Source: Amphiscolops sp. MND2022 (taxonomy: Eukaryota). From it: a DNA stretch of 64,000 nucleotides. The notes under the pieces are model-generated. The model ran no database searches. It was given only the letters and a program-made list of their open reading frames with translations, and was not told the DNA's origin. Numbering within the stretch: the stretch's first letter is position 1; every line of letters starts with the position of its first letter. Positions 36,306 to 51,370 of the stretch are shown piece by piece. The position numbers and the translations under genes were made by a program. Location of the stretch: positions 52,578,001 to 52,642,000 of the forward strand of contig OZ076409.1 in NCBI GenBank assembly GCA_964187785.1, in the 5' to 3' direction.

Positions 36306-37608
36306 CCCCAGTCGAACTCCCATACATTTTCTGCAAGAATCTGTCAGATTTCACTTCCAAGATCTTGGAAGACAATGCAATATTCTTGCAGGTATCTTGG
36401 AAGATCTTGGAAGATAATGTCTGGTCTTGCAAGATCTTGCAAGAAATTGTCTGGTCTTGCAAGATCTTGCAAGAAAATATCTGATCTTGGAAGTAACTTG
36501 GAAGAAAATGCCTGATCTTGGAAGTAACTTGGAAGATAATGTCTGGTCTTGCAAGATCTTGCAAGAAAATATCTGATCTTGGAAGTAACTTGGAAGAAAA
36601 TGACTGATCTTGGAAGTAACTTAGAAGAAAATGTCTGGTCTTGCAAGTTCTTGCAAGAAAATGTCTGGTCTTGCAAGATCTTGCAAGAAAATATCTGATC
36701 TTGGAAGTAACTTGGAAGAAAATGCCTGATCTTGGAAGTAACTTGGAAGAAAATGCCTGATCTTGGAAGTAACTTGGAAGAAAATTCCTGAACCTTGAGA
36801 GTAACTTGGCAGAGAATGCTTGAATCTTGAAAGTAAATTGAAAAAAGAGTGTGAAAATTTCAAAATGAAAGATTTTTACAGCATCAGCAAAACAAATATA
36901 GATGAAGATAAAGATAAATATCTACACGTATTCAAAGAATAAAAGTTCGTTCGACATATGTGATTCAAGTTTGTTGTTGCTGTCAAGTGGACCGAATGTC
37001 CAAACTTCGACGAATCACTGCAGGTAGTGACCGAATGTCCAAACTTCGACGAATCACTCTGCAGGTAGTCTGCTGCTTTCGTCTTCATAAGAATAGGACT
37101 ACCTTCTGGGCTGCACCTGTTGCATAGCAAGCAGTAGCAGAAATTGTTTACACCTGTACAACTTCTGGATGCATTGACGTATGTTTCATCTCACTGTACA
37201 TGTACACTTGAGTAGCTCCTTCATCAAGATCCTCGCAAGTTAGGGCACGGCTCAGGCGGCTGTCCTAGGTCACAATTGTGGCAAATGTGCAGCTCCCAAA
37301 ACCGAGTGTTCTGAAATAAACATATCATATATCAAAAACTTTGGTCACATTTAAGTCCGTGCGACTTTCATAAATGAGACATTCACATTCATTTTGAATT
37401 TATTCTTGGTTTAAATAATCTTGCAAGAAATGTCTTGACCGGCAAGAATCTTGCAAGAAACGTCTGAATCTGCAAGAAATGTCTGATCTGCAAGAATCTG
37501 AGAGGTTTGTCTGAAATCCAAGATTCTTGCAAGATTCTTGCAGATAGTGTCTGATATGTACCACTTCTGCAAGATTCTTGCAATAAATGTATGGGAGTTC
37601 GACTGGGG
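36306..37608. mobile_element. CMC/EnSpm-like non-autonomous transposon with an internal tandem array
   Basis: 24-bp perfect TIR CCCCAGTCGAACTCCCATACATTT, 3-bp TSD GTT, ~30-bp tandem units at 36400-36830. Confidence 0.85.
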
Positions 37609-37948
37609 GTTAACAAAAGCTAATGTCACAATAAAAGATTATGAAATGAGTTCAACTATTCTCATCAACCTAATTGAATTAAGATACCAGTTACAGGTAA
37701 GACTGCGATTCTGGTTTACACAGTACCCAGTTCACCCGTTCAAGGGCTTCCATAGTGTATTTATCATAATCGTCCAAAGTGAAAAAAAAATTCGAACTGA
37801 ATTGTCTGCAGGTTTAAACATTTCCTCCTTCTCTTCCCTGCTTATATCTGTGTAGTACATGGGGATGTCGCCTGTAACAAGGAGCTTTTCAAACAAGATT
37901 TCAATTTGTTGAGGGAAATATTGTTCCAAATTTCACCACTGGAAATAG

Positions 37949-38688
37949 TGTAACGACAAGCAGTCACCTTCGCTTCTCCATGAAGATGGAGGAATTTGTG
38001 ACATTGGTATTTGCCCGTGATAGGCGCCTATAGCCATAAGCCCATTTTGCCTCCTGAGGTAAAACAAGTCCCCCCAGGACTTCTAAGGAGTACTTGACGA
38101 CCTTTTCCAGTCCGTAATTGCTACCAGCACAGGGCATCTTGCATTTTCTCATTCAGGATCACCGTTAAGATAGCTTTTAAATACATCCCGAGAAGAAATG
38201 ATGTAAATTTTGCCAATCAGGTTGGCATCGGAATAACGTCTAAAATGGCCAAAGTAGCCATAAATTAGCAGAAACGCACAATAATCACGTCCGTAACAAT
38301 TATTCAGCAACAACCCTATTCAGCTCGTAAGCTGGGACACCACAGCACAGATTCGTGAATTAGACAAGAAGACTCATTTTGCCGTTCTTCTACTTAAGGT
38401 AGCACACTGCTGAAATCCAGTAAAACCGATTGTGAGCATCGGCATGAGCTTTTTTCAGACGTTTCCACAGTCTCTGGGTGTCTAGGTCTGTTGTGGCTGC
38501 TTTTTTGTGTATTTGAACGGTCACGCTTTTTATTTGATTTCCAAATAGCTGGCAAATTCGTAGTAACAGAAAAAAAGAGCAATCACGTGCTCACTGCCAC
38601 GTCAAATATCAAATTGGAATTTTTCATCAATTTTCTGAACTTGTTCCAATATCAACTGGCTTTGGTTGTACCAGAGGGTTGTGTTACA
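37949..38688. repeat. Possible solo LTR of a second family
   Basis: TGTAAC...GTTACA ends. The first ~80 bp recur in diverged form at 41670-41750. No clean TSD. Confidence 0.4.
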
Positions 38689-40729
38689 TAGCTCCCGGGA
38701 CCTTGGGCATGACGTCCCTGTCATTTGGAGTGATTGGCATGGAAAACCTCCCCACATCAACTTTGGGACCCTCTGAGAGTTTAAACTGGTGATTTGGCAA
38801 GGCTAAAGTCGCACTACCATCTTTTGCTGTTTGGGCAACATTGAGGTCTTGCTTCTTGCCATCTATTGTATTGAGACTGTATCGTCCACTGACTTCCAAA
38901 ACTGGAGAAATCCTTTGGGCTAGAAAATAAAGCACTCAAAAATCGTTTAGGCACTCAAAATGCACCTTCTAACAAAGTAAAATCAATATTTTGTATAGTC
39001 TGAGAGCATCACTTAGTTGGCGCAAGTTTTCTGCACTGAATTCGCAAAAGATCTTGCTAGCACTGTAATGTTTTTAGCACAGTGTTTTGCTGTTTGGGAG
39101 CTCGGAAGCTCTCGTGGCGGTTTCTTTCAAAAACTTTCTTCCACACGAACTGGCTACCAGGTAAAGGTAGCCAAAATCCTTAAATTCAACAACAATTTGG
39201 TGCTTGTGAGCTATATAACTTGAGTTATCAGGCTGAATCTTGCTCTAGGAGAACCTTTATAGGAAACAAATCGTAGAAAAACCACTAAAGAGGACCACAT
39301 TTCTGGCCAAATTTGCACTATTGGGAGCCACTTTTGCGTCTAAGGATTTAGGGATAGTCATGAAAACGTTAAACTAAAAAATATAATTATATGCCCACTG
39401 CTCAAACGGCCAGAACATTTTACTTTTGAGCAGAATGCTCCAATTTTCTTGAATTATGTATAGCAAACACAAGTAAGAGTTGTTCGTTTACCTCTCAACT
39501 TCAAACATTTTGATGATTTGCAGTCGCTCGAGAGTGTTATCTGCATAACTGACGTGACGTTTGGTGCTCGAACTACTTGATAAAACAGAATAACACCCAA
39601 TTGGGGCACCAAAGCGAACAAAATGTTATTAAATTTGAGTAGTTCTGCAATTTTGTGTCGCAATCTATCAAAGTTTCGTTTTTTTGGAACGTGTGATCAC
39701 TCAATATCTTTTCTAGATGTTTTACTCTCTGCGGGGGCACACGGTGTAACACCTAGAGCTGTTGCTACTCAAAATTTTGTTCGCAGTGCCTGTAGAAGCC
39801 CCATTAGAACGTCCAAAGTGTAATGCTCCAGAGGTGTGGAAATTTTATGTCCCGTGCAGGCGCTTTTTATTTGTAAAAGTTTCCCCATTTGAATCCAGGA
39901 AAACATACTACGACCCTTCTGTACGAAAATGAAAGCTTGATATAGCGGAAAAGTTAAGGTTTTACAATAATAGTTTTCTGACAACTTGAATAACGCCAAG
40001 TTTGATTCCAGCAGTTTTAGCGCGTTGAACACTAGACAACACAAATTTTCAACTGCACTAGTTGGAAAATTGACCTCCCAAAGCCGTTGTCTGCTTCCAA
40101 AGACAAGCTTGAGAGCCACACAACTCTACCCAAAACCAGGTACATGGAACTAATAGCTACTTTGCTAGAACACTCGGGTTAGATTTCCAGACAGTTTAGA
40201 CAATCCATACTTCTAGGCCCTGATACTCGTGATTTTTCACGTGTATACCAAGTATTTTGTTCACTGCATAAAGCTAGTAAGCCCGCGTTTCCGCCAGCTC
40301 CATAACAATTGTAATTAGTTGCAATGGCGGGCAAAAATTTGACCGCAACTTTCAACGAAGGTGTCGAGGCTAATCCAAAAAAATATCGAAAAGTTGCGTT
40401 TCTGCGCAACTTTTAGTGCGATCTGTTTATGTCAAATTCTCAACGTGTATTGTTCCAATCGATACAAAATTCAGTATCCGCTGCCAATGTGTACCCATTC
40501 TTGGTACACTCATTCTTTACACAATATGTAACCGCTGCCAATGTGTAAAGTACAGTTACTACGGTATTCTGCGTCTTTCTGTCAAATTGGCTACGAGTGT
40601 CACTCCAAAGAACGTTACCGCGGTACAAAAGGGCCCACGCGTTGCCCCACTGGTCTTAGCCAATTTTTTGACATTTTTCAGCAGGATGGATAAAAAACCC
40701 AAGTGGTTCCACTTCTAAGCGCGCCTGGG

Positions 40730-41083
40730 GCCCGCGCTTTTGAGTTTTTCCAAATTGTTCCGGTCTTTTCACCTCCATTTTTTTCGGCACTCAGAGGTTT
40801 TTCGATTTTTTTTCATTTCACCAAAGGTTCTCTCTTCATGTTTTTTTGAGAGTTTCCACTGAATGAATGTTAAAAATTCCCAAAGGGTTTTGTGACACTG
40901 TTCAAAATTCTAATTTTGTGAAAATTTGCGGACGTTTTGAGAAAGGTGCCCCTTCATTTTGCCCATACTTTACAACAAACGGTTGTTTCAAAAAGCTCAG
41001 AGGGGCCGCCCTTTACATTTTTAATACCTTTGAGCTTTTTTAGCTTTAGATATAGCACTAACGTTGGCCGTAACCGGCTTGTT
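40730..41083 (-). mobile_element. Partial DINE/HINE-like repeat
   Basis: Minus strand AACAAGCCGGTTACGGCCAACGTTAGTGCTATATCTAAAGCT resembles the start of the 54446 copy. Confidence 0.55.
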
Positions 41084-41829
41084 CTACATTTATTAGCACT
41101 GAAAACGACTTTTTTGACGCGGTTTTTTCGTCCAGCAGTCGTTTGTACCGTACAAACGGAAATTGAGAGGTTTTGAGCTCCTAGCTAACAAACGCACTGA
41201 GCACTCAGAGGTTTTAATAGTGTACTTGGTCACTCATGAAACTAGTCAAAAATGATTTTCTTCCATTTTTTTTCCGATAAAAGCAAAAACAACTGCTCAA
41301 ACATTACTTTCGGTGCCGTCGAAGATTTTAGTAGCACTTGCGAGTCCATCAAATCACTTTACGGCACTGTCCCAGTGACTGATTGTAGTGGTTTGTTGCC
41401 AAACGCGTTATGGCAAAACATATACAAAATTTGTATCAAACGTGTCGAGGTTTTGGGCTAATGTTTATTTTCTTTTCAAAGTGCTGTTGTTAATACCTAG
41501 AGCGCTCGCGCTCGTACCAAGAAAAATACCAAAAACTCCCGTCATCGGTATTCGTTAAAGGCAACCGAAACACCGAAAGAATACCTGTCACTAACAACCT
41601 GTCAATACCATCAAACCTTTTAAAGAATGTAAAAAAAGTTCTGGATCGCCAAAAAAAGGATTTTCTCCTTGTAATGACAGGCAGTCACAGTCGCTTCTCC
41701 GTCTATGAAAATGAAGGAACTTATGACATGGGTATTTGTCCGAGACAGGCGAACATTTGCCTTTGATACCCCTATCGTTGTGAATTTGGGAATTTTTTGA
41801 TATTCGTCATTTACTATGGCAATCAAACG

Positions 41830-43165
41830 AAACTGAGATATTGAAATTTCCGTAACGTGGTAGGTGTTCGGTATACCCTAGTTGTGTATCTTCATTTGGT
41901 GCTCATATTTGAGTTTATTTTTCTCGCAATTTTAATTTTTGTTTTATGGTTCTTACCCGCTGCCATGTATGTCTTCCATCTTTTCATTGGTCGAATATCC
42001 TTTTCCCCTCTTTAAAGAGGTTTTGTTTTGGCTATCACCATTATGAAACAAATATGTCCTGTGTGCAAAAGTAGGAGAATTGGTGTGTTTAGGTGATTAC
42101 GATCTTCCTCTTCGTACAGAAGTGAACTGAATCGTGAGGCCAAGTCGTCACTTATAAAAATTCACCCGACTGGCAGGTCGTTCTTGTCTGTAATTAAGGC
42201 TTGACAGCTCTATATCCTTTCTCGTACACTTTATCAAGTGTACAAGTTCTTGCATCAACTTTTCCTGCCTTGCTCAATGTTTTCTTCACCTTTCTTTATT
42301 TATTTCCAGACTTGTCCTCAACGTGGCTTTTTTAGAATAATTTCCAGAATGCTTATCCCAATGTTATTTTCTGATCTATATATGGTGGCATCGTCTTCAC
42401 TCACTATCGGGTTTGCCTGGCACTGCGTTTGGCTTGGCTAACGATGCATGTATTCTGCATTCCTTGCGGTCTGGTGTTATGTCGTTCGGAAATTCATATG
42501 TCCAAGTTTTAAGACTTCTTCAGTGGGAAAAATGGGGTCTGTATGGCGGTCTTTCAAGGGTCCTACTATTCCGCATCATCAGCCAAAAATACAAATCCGA
42601 CAAATATGTCAGTTATCAGTGACAGTTTCAATTTTTGGTTTGATAATCTCCTGTACGGTCTTCATTTACAGTGTCATCTAGGTCAAGATTTTGGAAATTT
42701 ATAGGTTGTACTCATGTTCTAAGTTCGTTTGTTCCTGGTGGCCTGAAAGGATTACCCTGTATTTTGTTTTGTTGTTCATTGATATCAGATGCGAGTATTT
42801 CAGCGTCTTTAAAACTTATATGTTTTGGAGCGTCCATTCGAGAAGTGTTTTGTTCACGGGATTTTCTGGTTGTGTTCTTTTTTTACTCTTTACTTCTCTT
42901 ATCGTCTTTTCTAAATTTTCTTCTGTTTCTCTCTTCAATTCAGACATTTCTCTGTTCGTTGTGCCGGTTTTTCTTTGCGTCCATACTTGCATCTCAATTT
43001 CATTTTGTGTACCATCAAATAAAACTGCCTCTCTGTCCCTAACTGAACTAACATTTTCAAAATTACTAAGGGTTTCAATCATAGTCTCATTCTATCTCAA
43101 GTGATGGCAATTGTCCTCGTCTAGTTCTTCTGTTTCTTATGTTTCCCATCTCAGTTGGGCCAAAA
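41830..43165 (-). mobile_element. Degenerate gag-like region of another LTR retrotransposon
   Basis: Minus strand ...ACATCA followed by PBS-like TTTTGGCCCAAC, then broken charged ORF pieces (42816-43082). Confidence 0.35.
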
Positions 43166-46100
43166 TGATGTTTATTTGGAGAGAAGAATTTTAATTAAAT
43201 TGGAAAATGCGAAGTTAGAAACAATGTCAAAGAAATTACACATATTCGGTTAGCAAAGTACAGTAGAAATTAGCGTGAGATCAATTGAATTTTTTGTATC
43301 TTCAAACGGATAAGAAATATAGATATGGTTTCAACGTTAGTTTTGAAACAAACGATTTTTATAATTTTTCTTCTAACTCTCTTTTTGTAGGAGACTATTT
43401 TTAGTGACGTGACAACCATTTTTAGGATGTCATACCATCGTCATCATAACATCTTTTCCAAAATTAGGGCCGCGTTATTTCACCAATTAGGTTTTTACAT
43501 GACATAACATAGAAAATAGAGTTTTAAATGACATAACATTTATAAATAGAATCATACATAACGCAACACAATGCCTTCTAATTGGATACTGTACGTATTA
43601 TACCGTTTGTGATAGACATCAATTAAACTAGATGAAATATGCCGAATGAGCGACTTCTCTTACTTTTCACACTATGCTGTATAGATGCGAATGGACACAA
43701 ATGAGTCATACTGCTAAAAGTCACATTCAACATTGTTAAAGAGAGAAATTGTACTGCACTATGCCGCAAACTCAGTACGGCAGTTGAGTTGAATGTATGA
43801 ATTTGACGTGTGATAATGCTGCATTAGGGTTCCGCATCATTCATTCATTTCGTAGTTGACTGCACAATGTGGTACTACGCAATAGATAAACAAATAACTA
43901 GTACTATACGCTCATTTGTGGGTAAATCAACATTATTCCTCAAGTTTGCTTCACACTAATAAAAAAGAAATTTCACCATTACTGTTACCAAGATATCATA
44001 TAAAAAGTTACATGAAACAAGTTTCATAATGTACCAAGTTTTTGGATAAAAAACGTTTGGAAGACGTTGGTTGAAGCTCTTTGCCATCATCACTGCACTT
44101 CAGACCCCACGCAAGCTCTAGGCTGTGACAATTGGTGTTGATAATGCTTCAAAAGGTTCCAGCATGGCAGAGAACCTAGTAGGTACTCTTGTCTGCTATG
44201 CCGTAACCAGGTTCAGGATAAGGTAACTTTCCAGATTGGCAAGTAGATGAAGTAATTTCAAACTGGCAAGTAGATAAATTTTTGTGAATCTGAGTGAGTA
44301 GAACTCACTCAGAATTTTTAAAAAATCATCTACTTGCCAATATGGCTATCGCCAAGAATATTCCTATGTAGGAAGGTCAACGTTGCCATCCGTAACACAA
44401 AATGGCCATATTCACGGGTACGCAAAATCAGTCAAGAAGTCGGAAGAGGCCACAGGACGCGCAACACGCACACCCTGAAGCTACAGTACCTCTCTAAAAT
44501 ATCGCAACTCCATTGCTCAAACTTGCAAAATTTCAAATCCAAATATCTTTCACGAACAGGACAAATCTACGACAAAAATATATTGTAATTCGAAAATTCA
44601 TCAAACTTGCACTTTTCTCGATTTTCACAAAGTTGAAAAAACATCTTTGCATCATTTATTCCCAAATCTATTCCCGATTTAAAAAAATATCGTTAATTTT
44701 CCGAATACAATTGCTCAATCCTATCTTAACATATGCATTGCAGGGCTCAATAGACACAAAAGAGAATGCACTGGAACCATGATTTCGGTCGGACAATTCA
44801 ATAGGTTCCGGAGACTCTAAGGAATCAACTTTATTATCCGAAACAAATATATTTAAACCTCACAAAAATCGTAACAACCCAAGTTTCAATGAAAATTGCC
44901 TTTCACAATGTGGTCGTAAAAATTTCAAACATTTTTGTAAACTAGATGAAATTCTACGAAACTTTTGTGACCAACAGTTTTTTTTGCGACAGTTTGGGAG
45001 ATATTTGGTTTTGAATTTTGTCAATGTGAATGATCTATAGCGACACAGAAATATTGTCGAAGTAGCTAAATTACCTGAAGATACACCCACAAATGCCAAA
45101 ATCGCTTGTTTTTGCCGAAAACTTCCAAAACTTCAGCATGTTCAATATTCGATATGGAATATCTAGCAGGTCAAAGTCTCAGTGATGCTTTGATTTCATG
45201 TTTCAGAGCCAGAATTGTATTCAGCTGTGCATTTTTCAGCAATTTTTAATTATCGGACCTGTTACATCTAATATTTCACCTCAAATAGCTAATAAAATGA
45301 GTTTAATCGGAAGTATGTAGGAAGTAAGTCTCAGTTGCCCTAGCAAAACATTTTTACGTGCTTGTGGGATGTGTTTGGACTTGGTGTGTGCCAGCATTTG
45401 ACCTCGGAGCTCTAAAATGCCAATTTTTTATGAAAGCCCCCCAGTAGACTACTTATTGGGTTAAAACTTGTGCTTAGGCTTGTGTAAAGTATGTGTAAAG
45501 TAACAGGTGGTCTCCTGTCCAGGCAACCTAAGCATCGTCCCACTTCAGTGTGTGCAGCTATTGCTGTACTTTACAGTTCGAACAGAACAATGTACTGCTT
45601 CACAAGTCGAACATTTTTGCAAACTTTCAAGAATTCCTGGAGTCTTTTCGGTGGGATAAACGGTTAATGGGAGTTGGTGGGAGTGGACAAGCAAATGGGT
45701 TAAATTTGTACTGTGAAATTTTAAAATAAATGCATAGAAACTACAGTTCTGTTCAATCTTCAGCTTGTATACCTGAAAGTGCTTTGGAATACAGTTATAA
45801 CTTTTGATTTGAATGATTACTGCTCAGTTTCAAACCTTGGCCTCAACCACCAGTTCGGAAGAAAGTTTTTTCATTATATCTCATGATTCAGAAGTACCAA
45901 TGGCATTTATTTGCTCCATTACGAGGACTTGCACGATAAATAAGTTCAGCATTACGACGCATAACCCTACACTTTTGAAAATAGCGAAATCGACGGCTAA
46001 CCGCATGTAGAACCAACAGGACCTGGAATCCGTTGTTTTAAATGACGGATTTCAAAGATTCCGGGGACAAATCCGGGGTATTATGTTTCCGGACCCTTTG

Positions 46101-47399
46101 TATTCTTTCCTGTTCATCATCCATCAGCACACGTGATTGACACTTCAATGACACACACAATTTGGATTTGGCTGCACAGGAAACTAAAGACAGTTTAAAC
46201 GTTTTAATTAATTTTTAGTTGAATCAATTTTAGTCAATTTGTGTCAAATGTGTCGTAATTAAGTTAATGTAAGTTATACAATTTCAGTTTGCTCTTTTGG
46301 AATTTCTGCTCTTTTGGACATTATCAAAAAATTAGGGCCATTGTTTTGCTGACGGACGAGATTCAAAACCTTTTGTCTTTTTTTTGGGTTTCGAGCAGGG
46401 AAAGGTTAAAATGAGTAGACTGAAACACTTGGTTTCGGTGGATCAGATGAAACTCAGATATTCAAAACAAAGCTCCATCAAGGACCATGTTGATAAAAAC
46501 AGAAAACAATGGGAGTTCATGGAAGTTTGCAATGTCAGCACGTGGAACGCTTGGACGCTTTGACAAAAAATACCTGCGTTTTTTAATCATTAAATCTTTG
46601 ATCATGAAATGCTTGATAAACTGCTATAACTGTCACGGTGTGCGAAATTGTAAACAAAGCTAATGTTTCTAGGGTATTGAAGTGATTTTCGGATACCTGC
46701 AATGACCGCTAATGATTTGATGCATGTCACCGTGTTTCTTTTTTTAAAAACATGCATTAAATTTCGCGCAATTGGCCAAATTACGCCTTATAAACGGGAC
46801 ATTTAACTTATTGGGTTGTCTTAAATGCCCCAATCGAGTGTGCAACAGTGTATACTCTATAATAGGGCATTCTTCATAATTCGCGGTGAGCCAATCTACG
46901 TTTAATAAACGGTGGAGCTTCACTACCGGGAGGTGCTTTACAATTCACAGTTGAGGAAGTTTGATAGAAATTATTTGTGTTCACACAAAATTTAGGAATG
47001 AAAATACAAAATTCATAGTCTTCTCTTCTGCGAGGAAATTTTGATCGTTTGTGATTGGTTTCTCAAGTTGTCATAGTCGAGATTTCTGGAATTTTTTACA
47101 TGCTGCAGTCCTGCATGTAGGGTATTTTTAAGAAAACCTAGGGAATTTAGTGGGCTCCCGTTGATTATTTTTGAAGGGTTACACATCAGTAGCTACTATT
47201 GAAATTACAATCTAAGTCTTTTCCACTTCGCTACCGAAACGATCACGCTGAACTCACACTTTGACTTCTCAATGACTACACTGATGTAATTAAAATTTCT
47301 CAAATAGCGTTGAAGATGACGCTAGTGTGCATTTTGAAGCGTAACTGATTTGCCCTAAAATGGTATACTTGTCGAATTGACAATTGCATTTAAAAACAG

Positions 47400-50300
47400 A
47401 AAGGATGCAGAATAAACCCTGCAGAATTTCAAGCCTCAAAAATAGGGCCCATTACTGAATCCCTTAAGGAGCTTTCAGTAAGAGTTTTAGGAGACCATGA
47501 TAAAAGTACTTGGTAACATTGAAGAACATCTATGCATGGGAAATTAACAAAATTGACTCACCAAAAGTTAAAGAAGTTGTTGGCAACTGCTCAACCAATG
47601 TAGGAATTTCTATCGATAACATAAAAAGCTGATCACAATGACACGTTTTTGGTACCTGATGCGTATTTTAGTCAGCGCTTTTGAAGAGAAGTGCCCGACT
47701 CTTACACTATTAGATTTAGACACCCAAGGTCCACTTTTTTGTTAATTTGTTCAACTTGAACTACGGATATCCAAAACATACTTAATCATATCCGAATTTT
47801 GGACATTTTATCCGAACTATATTGCGTTTTACTAACGAGGAGGCAGAGGTTCCAAAACAAGCGCTCTCATTTGTCCCAGCACGCGACATCGGAACTTTGG
47901 ACATTATATCCAAAGTCATTTGCGTTTTCATGAGGAGGACCCGTAGGATAGAAAAAAGAGCTAGCATTATCCCAGCACGTCAAATCCGAACTTCTGAAGC
48001 GTTTTCAAAACCCTTTCCTCTGGGTGTTTCGAAACCTTTCTGTGAGTTTTTCAGAACAACGTCCTGAGCATATTTTAAATCATGGAAGAAAGTCAGCTTT
48101 CTATATTGTTTTATGGAAAACATGCAAATCTTACAATGACCATATATGAAAACATTTAGTTCAAACAATGACCATTGAAAAAACCTTCAGTTATAGCATG
48201 GTCATTTTTTGGAACATTGCATTGACTAAATGTTATATCAACCCAGGTTTTCTTCTTTACGGAGACAAAACTCAAAAGCCGTGCCAAATACAGACACAAA
48301 TTTCGTTTAAAAAAATTATATTTAAAATAGACGTATGGTTCTGAGTCGCCCCAATATGATTCACCCAGTAAACAAAACACCCATTTATGTAAGAGAAAGA
48401 TTATCAAAAAATGATGTTCAGTTGAAAATAAACGCGGAGAAAGAATATAACTTTGTTACGACTAAATACAACAATCAAGTGAAAGTCTTCTTGAAAACAC
48501 CCGAAACAAGACTATCTCCAAAGTAGTTCGGAGCAAAAAAGATGTCGATTACCTAGCAAAAGTCGCACTACAATGAACAAGAAACTCCTGTGGCAATAAG
48601 ATGAGCTCCAGCATCAATCTATCTTCTACGAAAAGACAACTTGAGGATTCACCGAACTTGACACCAATGCCAACAAAACGAACCAAAGCTCTTCACCGGA
48701 TGGTAATGAAGGAATGTGAGCTAAACAATAAGTGTATCGAAAACTACTGCATATTTTTCAGTAACTGTAATTTGTTGAAAAACTGCTCACCGTCCTTAAA
48801 CAAAAACATGCTCCTGACGTTATTTCATGTATAACGAGGGAACCAACCGTTGTCACGTCGGACTAAGAATAACAGTTTAACCCCAGAACTAAACATAATG
48901 TGTTTAAATTACCATCAGGCTGATTTAAAAGTTGTGTTGGAAACATTCCAAACCAAGCCGGATATTCTAGCTCTCTAACTTGTATGGCCGAAGACGGGGA
49001 TAAGGAGACTAACAACAAGAAAGACTACTAACTCATTTAGGCCAACCCAAGAAACAATTTCAAAAGAAGATCAGGTGGTGTCGCTTTTTTCACCAAAACA
49101 GGTATCGACTATGAATTAATAAATCACGATACTAAACTTGAATGTTCTTTGATCAAAGTGAGCAACCACGAGAAAGAAGTCATAGGTTCGTTACCGGCAT
49201 CAAACTTATCGACTCACGGACGCCCTCTCAGAATTCGAAAATAGGGTATGTTCAGAAAGAACTTGAAGTACGAATCAAAACTCTTTGGTGACTTAAATAT
49301 TGACATTTTGGAGGAGAGCCCTGAAAAAAGTAGGTACGAAAACCTATTGACCGATTACGATCTCGAGGTACAAAATTTCGAGCCGACAATAGCAGCACCA
49401 CAGTCAAAATTGTGTCTGGGCCATATTATTTCTCGAGAACTGATTAAAACAACAACTCTACGAACAACTATCTCTGATAATTAAACAGTGCTGGAAAATA
49501 TTGCATTGAAAACCAAAAGGAATAAATCTAGTGACTCGAAAACTAAAGTACGCGATCTGAGAAAAATCAAACGTGAAAAAACGCTTAACGTTTTGTTTTT
49601 CCTGGATTAAAAACTGAGGCAAATACCTGACGACGCAACAGCGGAACCGCAAAAAAACATCAATCGCAAAAATTGAAGAGTGTGAACACATTCGCATCTG
49701 AACAGGAAAAACTGCAACAAGAGCAAACAGAAGACTGAATTTGTAACAAAACAAAAAACGCAATAAAAAAGTGCAATAAAAACTTCCATAAGTGGACTGA
49801 GGACCCATCAAACCCACCCTGACGACCCACCCTGAAAATCATCAAGAACACAAGACGAGGAATAAAGTTGAGTCCATGATTCGACAAGCGAGTCAGGATG
49901 CTAATTACAAGAAATTTGGAGAAAGGCCATTGCCATAAACCTTCTATAGAACACTCAAGGTAATGATGAAAAGAAGCATCCAACCAAACCCTTGCCACCA
50001 TGATGCAAAAATTACAAACTAGTATTTCGTTTTCACAGGTCAACCGCTATCATCCAAGCTTCTCAAAATGGTCATGCCTACCAAAATACCTTCAAACAAC
50101 AATTCAATGGTGTTCCACAAGACAAATGTGTTACGAGTGATGGATTTTATCAAACAGATGAAAAAGACAGAAAAACCTTTGCTTGTGATGGAATCACAAA
50201 TGAGATACTTGAATGCAGTTTCCCATTTGTTGAAATCTCATCAGCCAATGCGTTCAACAAATGTCTCGTAGAAAGTACATTTCCTAACGTTCTGAAAACA

Positions 50301-51370
50301 ACCATACCCATACAAAAAAAAGACGACAAATAAATTCTGAATGTTATAGATCAATTAGCGTATTTAATTCTTCAAGTAAGATCTTCAAAACAACACTAAT
50401 TCAAAAACGAATGGAAAAATTTCTTTGAAAAAATGAAACCATTAATAACACCCAATATGGATTTCGATCGAAATGATCATGCGCAGATGCCACAGAGTTC
50501 GTTAGATCTGAAAATGGATGTTGATGCAGTCTCTGACTAGTTAGCTGCTAATAAGTTAATTTTAATGCAGATAAGTGTGAAATGATGTTTTTATGATCCG
50601 TTGTAAATCCAAAACCGTTGTAAGTAAATGATACGTCACTCAATTTCAAACCGTCCTGTGAGAATTTTGGCGTTCATCTGGACAAATGGTTACGATTCAA
50701 TCAACACATCGAATAGGTCGTTAAGAAACTTAATATGTTTTGTTTTTGTTGTCTAATATACAGTTGCCGTCATCTGTATCCACGCAAGTATATGGTGTGT
50801 TCTACCACGCGTTCGGGAAATCGATAATAAGTTATGGGTTACTGATTTATGGTTCAGCGGCCAAAACGAGTTTACTAAAGATAGAAAGAGTTCAGCGTCG
50901 AATAATGACAGCAATCTTTTTGAGAACAAAATTGGATCCTTTCAATGTCGTCTTACTCGACAACTGAATTCTTACTGTTTTCGAACTGTATCTCAGTGAA
51001 TTGCTGAAGGAACTTTTACGACAATTACGTCACGAAGCCTCTGTGCAATTTGCCTGAAATCAAAGACGTTTCATCTTGAACAAGAAAACAAACTAAAAGC
51101 CTTCTCCAATCAAAATACTATCGAACAGTCACCTAGAAAAAACAGTGGAAAACTCTTCAAGGAAAATCTCTAACTGGCTGACTGAGCTCAATTGTATACC
51201 ATTAGATCTGAAAAACATGACTCAGTCGCTGCTCAAGCATTATCATGAGAAAGTTGTTTCGCTATGTGTTGTCAACAATCGGCATCTCTTTACAATGTTT
51301 TTTTTGAATTTGCAACTTTCCAACTAATTTTCTAGGGATGATGAACTCCAAAGGCAAAAAAAATCGATCA
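47400..51370 (+). mobile_element. Degenerate non-LTR retrotransposon (CR1/L2-like LINE)
   Basis: APE endonuclease remnants RSGGVAFF, FGDLNID, ISDN. RT remnants YRSIS, QYGFR, AANKL, GVHLD, SIISYGLLIYGS. ORF1-like IYVRERLS at ~48380. The RT core appears deleted near 50515, and the boundaries are approximate. Confidence 0.8.

Noticed and set aside
36292..36863. Overlapping ORFs or a CRISPR-like array
   Set aside because: Simple tandem repeats with no unique spacers, inside a TIR element; the ORFs are repeat artefacts.
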